Below, one piece after another: positions 26,645-38,700 of a stretch of 64,000 bases of DNA (its first letter is position 1; each line of letters begins with the position of its first letter). The translations under genes were made by a program, and so were the position numbers. Origin of the DNA: Mytilus edulis (Eukaryota); the NCBI RefSeq assembly GCF_963676685.1, contig NC_092348.1, positions 86,924,001 to 86,988,000 on the forward strand, written 5' to 3'. Under the pieces are notes generated by a model. The model searched no databases and had not been told where the DNA came from. It worked only from the letters and a program-made list of their open reading frames with translations.

Positions 26645-27734
26645 GTAAGAGGACCGTGTTGCTCAGCGACTTGGACTACTATGTCACAACATCAAAGCAA
26701 ACTTACTGACAATAATTACTTTTATTTTAATGTGTTCTATACAAATTGCAGGCTTGCAAAATTAACTAATTATTTCAAATGTTTCACAATTTTAGTAAAA
26801 GAAATGTTATTAAATTAGAATGACATGAAATTTGTTTTTTTTTAAATTTCCCTGACTTAAGTTGGCTTTCTTTTATCGAACGTTCTTTTAGAAAAATCTT
26901 CGATCTACCAAATACTGCAAATTATTTTGATATAACTCAGAAGGAAGCACCTTTTATTTGAAAGAAAAAAGAATATTATTAACATTTAAAAAAAAAAGAA
27001 CTTGATGTTTAACGTTAATTGACGTTTATGTGCAACCAAGTCCTGCATATTTTAAGGAGAGTTAAGCTTATTAATCTTGCATTTGAATTATTCTTTTCAA
27101 CCGTGCTTTTTGTCAAATTGCAGATGAAATTCTCATCTTTTTTTCTTATTTTGACTTTTTTTTTAAAGAACATCATTGGTCCATACTATGTTTTTTTTGG
27201 TTCCATTTACATTCTCAAAACCAGTTTTTATTTCATTTATCAACTGATGTAAAACCTGGATTGGGACGTTTGTCCTCTTTGATATGACATTGATATGGCG
27301 CTTTTTTAAATGTACATTTTTGGGGTATGTGTTCTTTTAAAAAAAGACATTTGCACTTGTTCTAAAAGACATTTTTCGCTTTATTAGCGCAATATTTGAA
27401 CTATCATGGAAAGTTTTTTTTAAATGTTCGCCATGGCAGATGTTACCGTCAATATTTGAACTATCATGGAAAGTTTGTTTTTTTTAATATTCGCCATGGC
27501 AGATGTTACCGACAACACTTCACAAACTAAAACAAGCAAATCCCGTCCGACTTTTCATGCAATAACATGGACATGATTTGAATTTTAGATCCACAAATTG
27601 CATTACGCTGCTTGAAGAATTTAGGACAACATTTAAAAGTTCAATTAAAACACAAAATTGTTTTCTATACATGGTTTATCCGAATATTTTTTTTTTCATT
27701 ATTTCTGTTTTGTATTTGAAAAATTTATAATATA

Positions 27735-28385
27735 AAAAATAAGATGTGGTATTATTGCCAATGAGACAACTATCCACAAAAGACCAAAATGACACAGACA
27801 TTAACAACTATGGGTCACCGTACGGCCTTCAACAATGAGCAAAGCCCATACCTCATAGTCAGCTATAAAAGGCCCCGATAAGACAATGTAAAACAATTCA
27901 AACGAGAAAACTAACGGCCTTATTTATGTAAAAAAATAACGAAAAACAAATATGTAACACATAGACAAACGACAACCACTGAATTACAGGCTCCTGACTT
28001 GGGACAGGAACATACATAAATAATGTGGCGGGGTTAAACATGTTAGCGGGATCCCAACCCTCCCCCTAACCTGGGACAGTGGTATAACAGTACAACATAA
28101 GAACGAACTATAAAAATCAATTGAAAATGGCTTAACTCATCAGATGGACAAATATATAAGTGGACGTGGCCCGGTACTTATACATCCCGACACGAAAAGA
28201 CACAATGAACAGATCTGAGAGTACTCGCAGTTATCTGACAGCTAGTTCAAAGCCACTAACAACTAATAAAAAAATCATGGAACTAAGACTAAACTATCAA
28301 TCCGTACACATCCAACATCCCATGGATTTAGTGTAAAGAAGTCATCAATAGCCAGAGAAATACATGACCTTGTACAATGCCAAGT
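27735..28385. mobile_element. Unclassified dispersed repeat (agatgtggtatgattgccaatgagacaact head)
   Basis: The same head occurs at about 12020, 19480-19612 (reverse), 23355, 24813, 30095-30132 (reverse), 48530 and 55130. Confidence 0.75.
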
Positions 28386-29713
28386 TAAGAATGTTTGAAA
28401 AATTTTAGTTCAGGTGTATGAAGGATTTAACTGCAAATTTCCATAGTATGTGGAGCGCAAATGTTCTTTGGTTTAACAGGTGAAAAAAAGCGCAAACGTG
28501 CATTCCTCCGTACAACCGTGATGCTCATTTATAAATCTACACGTAATTTCAATTTGTACATTTTTTTTAACATTTATACACGTAGATAATATATACGCAA
28601 ACAATTATTTGTTTCCATATTTGACAAAATGGTTATCAAAACTACCCCGTCTCATTATTGAAGAAAACCCTATATATATCAGTGTCAGGATTTCTATTAA
28701 AATCCTTTTCACATTTAATATCATACAATTTACTGCATTTTGATGCGGTAACTATATGCGTACTTGTTGAATTAAGATAAAACTTATATTCTCCGAGTTC
28801 AACAATCAAGGTTAATAACTATTTTTCATCTTTATCTAAATTTATTCAACCAACAAAAAAAATATCGAACAACAGACCTTTTATTGTGAAAAATAATTCT
28901 GATATGAAATCGTTTTATTCATTTATATATTTTTTTTTAAACTTTTTTTTAATTTATCTATGTTTTCCTCATGTCAGATCTTTGGCGTTATCAGTTTTCG
29001 CCTTTTCACTTCGTTTATTTTTATTTTGTGGTTATTTCACTCATTTTACGGCAGTTGATAATTTTGGGCAAAATTTCAAAGAAATTCTACAAATTCCTTG
29101 ACATTGAAAAAGTAATCGTTAATCTTAGAGTATGTGTTAGTTTAATTTAATATTTGTAGCACATTGGTGTATACTTTCAACATTTCTTTCGTATGACCTC
29201 TAATTTTCACGCGATACTTTTTTTACATTAAAATGCAGCAAATCAATAATTATTATCCATTTTGATTCTGTTATACATATTTTCCATAGTTAGAATGATT
29301 TTTTGTATCCTGAATATGTATAAACAGAATGTCTGTCTGTCCTTCCGTTTGCATATTCCATCTGCAACTTCTCCTTCTTTTAAAATATTATAGAATGTTC
29401 AGTAAAAAGTTATATCATGTTTTATTTTATTAACGATCAATTGTTTTTCCATAGCATAACTCGGATTTTGTGAATGACGGTTTTAAAATGTGTGAATTCT
29501 GCTTATGTATTGTAGCATTGTAGAGCTATTTGTTAATATTCTTTTTTTTTCTTTCTTTCTCTGAATAATATATCTTTATCATATACGTTTATACAAATTG
29601 ACTGAAACTTTCTAATTAAGCTTAAACATTTTTAAAATGTATAACAAGATAATTAAATGCATTACTTTCAGACTGTATAAGATAATGGTTTGATAGACTT
29701 AAGATTTTTCAAG

Positions 29714-32700
29714 ATGATAGATGTTCGGAAGCTGTTAGCAGTTATCTGTATATTAAGTTTGTCTTTCGGGCAAGGTAAGTTTACCTTGTTTACCTGTCAC
29801 TGATATAAAGTGTTCAATTATCTCTATTTAATCTTTTTTCCTGCGTAAACCGTAAAACATTGTCTGGTAAGCTGTGAAGAAGTCATCCAATGACACGCGC
29901 CTTATTATCAACAATCTTTTTATCAAAGAACAAACTTTGTTGTCAACCGACGTTTTCTTATATCATCTGACAAATTATATGTATCAAACTGATATCGCAG
30001 CGCCAGTAATATAACGACATATAAAGCTGCACCTTACATTAATAGTGACAATAGTCAAAATAAGACCAATACAGAAGATCGCATGGTGATCTATTGTAGA
30101 GAGTTGTCTCTTTAGCAATAATACCACATCTTTTTTTAATATTTTGATTCTGTTTCGTCAATGTATCGAGTAACGTACTAAAAAATATTAAAAAAAGAGA
30201 AGAAACAATAAAACTTGACAATACTGTAATAGTCTGTTCCTTCTGAAACACATTAATGTTGTGTGTGTTTTTTTTTTTAAATCATTTGAATTTCAACTAA
30301 ACCGATAGACCAACTATATTTTTATAGTTCCCGAATTCATATTAAAAATGAATGGATTTATACAAATTCTATTAAAGAAATATATGTAACACTAATTTAA
30401 ATAAATAACGAATCGCTAAAAAGAACAAACTAGGTATCATAAATATAAGCAACATAAGAAAATAATGTAAACCTTTGAAAAATTGATTGATTTTAATTTC
30501 AAAACAAAATGTGGTATGACTGCATATAATACAAATATCGACCAGAGATCAATTGACATAGATGTAAGTAACTGTATGTTAATTGTGCTACCTACAACAC
30601 TAAACTTCAACAAAAACACAAGTTTTAAGTTAGATGGGTCTAACATAAAAAATGGTTTCTGATTTCTTTTAAAACCTATTAGACTGCAAATGTATCATGA
30701 AATAGTTGAGTAACTTTATGACTTTTATGTAATGATTTACATTTTGATAAATTTAATGTAATAATTTACATTTTGATAAATTTAATGTAATAGTTTACAT
30801 TTTGATAAATTCAATGTAAATAATTTACATTTTGATAAATTCAATGTAATTATTTACATTTTGATATATGTAATGTAAGATTTACATTTTGATAAATTTT
30901 ATGTAATAATTTACATTTTGATAAATTTAATGTAATAATTTACATTTTGATAAATAGGTCCTCCTGATAATATAGGAAGAGAGTTTGTCGTGTCTTTTAT
31001 GGAGAATGATGAATACGGCAATGTTTTTCCGCTGGAATTGTATGTAACTACGTCAGAGAAGCATCCTGTCCATGTAACAATTACATCACCAAAATGGACG
31101 AAACCTTCAGTATCAGAATCCGTCACTGTCACACCTGGACAGGTAGTCAGGGTCAATATAAGTGACGAGTTCCGTATGAAGGGGAGTTTGAAATCCTCTA
31201 AAGCACTCCTTGTTAAGTCGGATGGTGACATTGCTGTTTACGGAGGAAACAAGGAGGACTATTCTAATGATGTGTTCTGTGGTATTCCTACAGATGCATT
31301 AGGGAACGAGTACTATGCTATGTGCTACGGACCAGCGTACCGTAAAACTGAACTTGGAGTAGCAGCCACACAGGACAACACTGTAGTTAAAGTAACGCTT
31401 CCAAAGGCTCCTAACATGACTGTCACATACAATTCAACGACTTACCATGGAGGAGATATGATAACTATAAACTTAAACAAATACGAAAACTTCCAACTAC
31501 AAAGTATCGGTGATTTAACGGGTGCACATATTGAAGCCACACATCCTGTTTCGGCATATAGTGGTAATATCAAAACAAACATTGGTACGGGGAAATTTCA
31601 AGACCATCTGGTAGAACAGCTTACGCCTGTTGATACTTGGGGAAAAAAATTCGTAACAGCTCCAATTCCAAAAAGAACCGTCGGGGACTACTTCCGTGTT
31701 GTAGCGAGTGAAGACAACACTGTAGTCAATATCGCTGGCATGCCATCCTTCACCCTTGCAAAAGCAGGTGAATGGAAGCAAATTCAACTTCCGTCTAAGT
31801 CGTACAAGTCAATTAATGCATCAAAGCCTGTACTGATGGCACAGTTTGTTTTAAGTCAACTGGACAAGTATGAGCCGGCTGATCCGTCTATGATGATTAT
31901 CCCACCTTATGAATTGTTTAATTCCGGATATACTTTTGCTACACCAGAATACTCACATCCCGAATTTTTCAAGTATGAAAATCAAGTTTTGCTGGTAATC
32001 GAATCTTCTAAGAAAGATGGACTACTACTAGACGGAAAACCTTTACCAAAGGGAACAAAATGGAACCCAATTGAAGGAACAACTTTAGTCGGAACGTATG
32101 TCGATATTCCAAAAGGATCACATTCAGTGGTACATAAAGATTCCTACACAATATTTGGAAGCTACCTCTATGGTCATGCCTACCATGAATCCTATGCTTT
32201 TCCAACAGGAATGAGATTAGCAAAGATAAACGCGGTAAGACTAAAGATACATTCCATATGTTTCCTTATTTCTCATATTCGTATGCATATTTTATATATT
32301 TAATAATTTATTACACTGATGTGGTTTCCGATTGCTCTTCTCTTTTTTTTTTTAATTTGAGTGCCACATGTAAGTCTTATGTTGACGACAGGCACATGTG
32401 GCGTACTTAATCTGTTATCTTTGGTGACTTGTTTCTAGTTAAACATGTTTGTAGGTATAAACACTTTATTACAGGATTATAATTGGCCGATCCATACGTA
32501 TTATAATTTTTACATGATACAAACTAAAATCTATTTTATTTACATTTTGAAATTTTAAACGAAAACGACTACTTTCTTTATATGGCCAATGGTACATTTT
32601 CGAATACTCATTTTACACTAAAATGAGATGTGATTTAAAATATATTTTGCAGCCATGTAAACCTACGACATCAGTTGATGGTGATGGTTTAGACAATGAC

Positions 32701-35700
32701 TGCGATGGTAAAATAGATGAAGAATTGTGCACAACCGATAACAAGAAACAAGGCAAGTGTCTTCGTTGTGTAAAGTACTTGTTCATAAAATGTCCTTCTT
32801 GCGTTGACGACCCATTGGTGGCCTTCTGCTGCTATCTGCTCTATGGTCGGGTTCTTGTCTCTTTGACATATTATCCATTTCCATTCTAAATTTTATCAAA
32901 TATTGTGAATGATTAGACCGTCTGGATGGGGTTTGCAGAATAGAGAATACTGGGGCAAAGTGCAGAACAAAGGGCTAGAAAATAGGGTGTTGGAATAGAG
33001 AGATTAGATAACAATGAACAAAATTGAGAAAACAGAGAAAAATGGTTAAAAAAAAACCGGAACACAGAATTAATGGACCTTCTTTCCTGACTCTTTATTT
33101 TGACCATCAATAATCGTGAAATTATATGCGAAAAGTATCAGGTAGAGGCCTAATAGTAAATCATCTTAAACTTATTATCTTGTAATAATTATAGTAAATC
33201 ATCTTAAATTTATTATCTTATATATTTGAGAAGATTTTTTGTCAGAAATTCAAAATACTGGTTGTACAGTAATTGCTAATATTTCTTTCTTACTATTATT
33301 TTGTCGTATAGATGATGATGGTGATGGAAGAATTGATGAAGACTGCACCGATCCTACTCCTGGTACATATAATGTATTAATTATTCTATCGTGAATTAAG
33401 GATGAGGCATAACACAAAACAGCTAAATATGTCATTTTTTTCTTATATAAAAAATAATTAATTAAACAACCTATAGCGAACTTTAAACAATGTATGGAAC
33501 ATTTTAGATATGGAAAAGGAATTTAAAACGAATTTATAAAATATCACGGTAAAATGTCATATAATATAAGCTGCTTGTGGCATTCAGCCATACAGATCAT
33601 CTGAATTTCCCCTACACTTGAGTTTTTATTCCTTCGACATGTGAAGTGGCGGTGTGTAATTATCAGTGTGTCTGTTGGCTAGTTTTCAATACAGAGAACC
33701 TGGTCATGAGTTAACTATGAGCTAACAATAAGTTTAATAGGGTTTCTGATGATTAGACTTTTATACCTCACCTTAATAAACTGATTATTTCTACTTGATT
33801 CGTTTTAGTTGACGGTCTTTGGGGATCATGGGGTCCATGGTCTGGCTCTTGTTCAGTTACCTGTAGCAAAGGTGTACTGTTTCGAAACAGGTCATGCGAC
33901 GATCCAGCACCATTATATAATGGAAAGAACTGTATCGGCAGCGATCAGGATACTAAGCCTTGTGACACAGGAGTAAATTGTCCACGTAAGTAAAAACATG
34001 TAACATACTTTGTAATATATATGCTGTGTTTCAAATTGAACAGAATGTCTATCTGACTGAGTATAACTTTTGAAGTCTTTCTGTTGTAATTTTAAGAAGT
34101 AATCTGCATTTGAATCGTTTTACATTCTACAACACTATAGTCATTACAGATATCATGAGTTGTACTTAGCTTAGAATACGTGACCAATTTTGCTCGTGTT
34201 GTATTTAAACTTATGCTTACTTAAAATTTATATAAAGTGCTAGCCCTGGAATTCCGCTGTATTTCTCTATAAAACCATCAATCGTAAATATGTATAGTTC
34301 TGAACAATGAGTTATGTATGCATTGCTATTACAGTTGATCCTTCTGTGGCATGTAAAAACAATCCACACCAACTGTTAGCCAATCCAGTTGACTGTGCAC
34401 AGTATTACGACTGTAGTCAGAAGACATCCTCAATGGGACAAGACTATCTTAAGGAATGTAAATATCCAAACCTGTTTTCAACGGTGACCAAAAAGTGCCA
34501 AGACTTTCAAACGGTTAAATGTGACAAAAGGCCTGAACCACAGGCACCTTGTAAGTATACATTAAAATACATTTGCTGTGTATATCGTCCGTTAAGAATA
34601 ATTTCAGGACGGAATGTTCTTATCATTGCGCCAGACACTAGTAGAAATCGTGTTGTTCTACGGGTCATCTGCTATCATTGGAAACGGATTCGGAGTCTCG
34701 TGTTGCTCAACCTTAAGATTTGTGTAGTGTTTTCTAGACTGTTGTTTACCTGTTTGTCATTATCAGGTTGTATGTCATGTCGTTTATTTATTGTTTTAAT
34801 TCTCTCCTCTTCTGTCTTTATTTCTTTATAAATATCGACAATTCTATATTTACATTTTTAGTTTCTACTTATCCCATGAAATTATATACAAATTGTCTGT
34901 CTACCACTATGTCTGAAATCTGAAAATTTATTTATATAGAATCTTTTTCCAGGTGAATACGACCAGAACAAATGTAACGGCACTGATCCAACATGCAATT
35001 GCCCAGCACGTCTACCTAGCTGTATAGCAAAACCGGATGGAGATCAGTTGTTTCCTGGTAAAAAAGGAGATCCTGCTTATATTACTTGCTTCAAGAATAG
35101 AACAACGATAGCCAAGTGTAAACCTGGCTATTTTTTCGAACCAAGAGGAAAGATCTGTAGACCAATGAATGCAGGTATGAAAAACGTGTAGGTCAATGAA
35201 TACAGTTACGCCAGCCTGACGTGTAAACTAATGAATACAGGTACGAAATACGTGTCGATCAATGAATACAGGTGTACCATACGTGTAAACAAGTGTTTAC
35301 TGGTATGGAAAACGTGTAGATCAATGAATACAGGTATACCAGACGTGTAGTGTTTACAGGTATGGAAAACGTGTAGATCAATGAATACAGGTATGTCAGA
35401 CGTGTAAACCAATGAATACTGGTACAAAAACGTGTAGATCAATGTATCCAAGTATACCTGACGTGTAAACCAATGAATACAGGTATGGAAAACGCCGGTG
35501 TAGATCAATGAATACAGGTATACCAGACGTGTAAATCAATCAATACAGGTACGAAAAACGTGTAGATCAATGAATTCAGGTATGTCAGACGTGTAAACCA
35601 ATGAATACAGGTACGAAAACGTGTAGATCAATGAATACAGGTATGCCAGACGTATAAACAAGTGAATACAGGTATGGAAAACGTGTATATCAATGTATAC

Positions 35701-38700
35701 AGGTATGCCAGACGTATAAACAAGTGAATACAGGTATGCCAGACGTATAAACAAGTGAATGCAGGTATGGAAAACGTGTATATCAATGTATACAGGTATA
35801 CCAGACGTGTAAACATGTGAATACAGGTATGGAAAAAGTGTAGATCAATGTATACAGGTATACCTGACGTGAAAACCAATGAATACAGGTACGAAAGACG
35901 TGTAAATCAGTGAATACAGATGAAGCAGGAGTATGGGCAATTTATTATAAAAATGAACTATTTTATGAATACGGGCAAATAAAAAGATGCACGGCACCTG
36001 AAATTATAAGTAAACGATCATTGGAATAAATGACTGACGAATACAGGCATGAATGACGAATTAATGCTTATAACTATAGATGCAACAAAAAAAACTTATA
36101 GACAAATGAATGCAGGTGGAAATTCGTGTTGGAAAATAACTGAGATGTTTAGAGTAGATAAGAGAAATTCTTTTTCGTTTTATGTGTGTTTAGAATTTAT
36201 TGGTTCATTTTAGTTTTATTTTTTTTTCAGCGGTTGTGCGATTTTTCTGTAGATCGCATTCAGCAGATAAAGTACCAGATATTCACAATTGTGCTAAATA
36301 CCAAGACTGTTCTAAAACCCCCACAGCATCGGAATGTACATATCCAGATCTGTTCTCAACTGTTACAGGCAAATGTGAAAATTTCACCACAGTCAAGTGT
36401 GAAAAACGACAAGAACCTCAAGCTCCATGTAAGTGAATCATATTTGTATTTGTTTACATGTGTATAAAATGTATTTAAACTTTGTATAATTTAATTGTAA
36501 TAATCGAGGATCTCAAAATATACTGGAATAACCACTGTTGTGTTATCTTTTAAATTGGTATACCTGTATTAACATCGGAGATAAGTTATTTTTTATTCTG
36601 AAAATATATGTATAAAAAAAAACATGTGATTACATCAATGACACAACCCCTAAAAGACATGTTTTGTGTTCATTTTACAGGCGAATATGACCAAAACCTT
36701 TGTCCAAGTGGCAACACAACTTGTCAGAAATGTCCAGAAAGATTGCCAAGTTGTATTGGACTGCCTGATGGAGACAACCCAATACCCAACCACAAATGGA
36801 CAAGCCGATATATTACTTGTTATAAAAATAGGACCCTCCTCCCAGTTCACAAATGTCCTGCACCAAAGATTTATCACCCAATTAAAAAAATATGTACAGA
36901 GGATATTCAGCCTAGTAAGTAAAACTGTCTTTCATATGATTATTTCAATAACTGCTCGAAAGAGCGTTGCGGTACTGCAATGTGATATGAATTTATTTGT
37001 GATGGTTTCTATAAGTTAATCTATAGCCTGTTAACAATGAGGTGAGCTCTTGGGGTTGTGAGTTTGAACCGTGGCAAGTGCGTTTCACTCTGATCTTACT
37101 TAACTAGACATATCCGCTCCCTGCCGAAAATTCGTAGTGTTCTTCGGTGGTAATCCGGCTTCCTCTATTAACAAAAACTGAACGCTGTGATATAGCCAAG
37201 TGTGTTGAAAGTGGTGCCTAACAACAAAACATTGCACCTGATTGTAGTAGATTGTTCCTTTGATATATAGTTATTTGTTTTTTAAACTTTTTTTCATAAG
37301 ACCTTTGTCACATATTTGTCAACCGTACGGGTCCCCTTTCTTGTCATATTATGAGTGCATTTGAAACCCACAGTATACTGACGTACATATGCACATGCTC
37401 ATGGTTTGTATTGGATCTTGTGTTTCAGCTTATGTTCAGTGTTTTCTATAAAGTTTAAACTTTGTATGCCTCATATATGGGCATTATGTTTTCGGGTCTG
37501 TGCGTCCGTTCGTTCGTCCTTCCTTCCGTTCGTCTGTCTGTCGCGCTTCAGGTTAAAGTTTTTGGTCGAGGTAGTTTTTGATGAAGTTGAAATCCAATCA
37601 ACTCGAAACTTAGTACACATGTTCCCTATGATATGATCTTTTTAATTTTAATGCCAAATTAGACTTTTGACCCGAATTTCATGGTCCACTGAAAATAGAA
37701 AATGATAAAGCGAGTTTCTGATTAAAGTTTTTGGTCAAGGTAGTTTTTGATGAAATTGAGGTCCAATTAACTTGAAACTTAGTACACATGTTCCTTATGA
37801 TAAGATCTTTCTAATTTTAATTTCAAATTAGAGTTTTTACTCAAATTTCACGGTCCATTGAACATAGAAAATGATAGTGCGAGTGGGGCATCCGTGTACT
37901 AGGGACACATTCTTGTTAAATGTGTTATGCTACTGAATCTTAATGACGACATGCAATTGATCTCAAACTGACCATGGAAATTATACCTCTTTACTTAAAT
38001 TATAATCCTTCGTTAAATACACAATTCCGTGTTTGAACTGGTCAAATTTCTGTCAGATTGTAAATAGATTTGTGAAATGCATATACAAATGTAGTTTCAT
38101 TTTCATATTGCTTTTAACCTTAAAGTTAACTTGAAACTTGAAACTTAACTTCAAATATGTAGAAAAAAAAGGTAGAAGGGATCATTTCACGATTGCTTAA
38201 ACTGAAAGTTTCATTAACCACATTCCACCCATATATGCTTATAAAATTTAAGTAATCTAATTATTAGTAATAAAGTTGAAAACTCAATATGACCCCTTGA
38301 TATGCAACCTTTGTGACACTGACATACCACTGTGCCTCGGGTACCAAAATAACTTGTGACCCTTACATCAAGACATCTACATCAATTGCTTGGTCTGCAG
38401 AAATCCATATCGCAAATGCTACTGTGCATAGGCATAGTATTGACAAAGTTTCAAAAGAGGGCTCTGCGTTTTGTAACTAACACATACAGAAATGCCTTAA
38501 GCGTGCGGGTAACCTGTTCAATGACACCACCTGTTGGTCACCTGTGCAGCCTCTTTGACAGAAGAAAAATAAACGACTGTGATTGGTAATGCTGTGCAAA
38601 ATTCATAGAACCAGACAACAAATGGAAGTTTTTAACGACCTTGACTTGCTATACAGCCCTTGCACGGTCGGTAATAGAACCAGAGACTTCAAAAAGTTTC

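Noticed and set aside
27390-27512. 60-bp direct duplication in intron 1 of the large gene (similar small one at about 33152-33220)
   Set aside because: Ordinary local slippage duplication with no further structure.
30990-32303. Stand-alone intronless 437-aa IgGFc-binding gene, or a recent bacterial transfer
   Set aside because: The ORF lacks its own ATG and signal peptide and is bounded by an acceptor (30957) and a donor (32235) in phase with neighbouring exons.
35206-35879. Minus-strand ORFs of 72-100 aa
   Set aside because: Translations of the 31-bp minisatellite.
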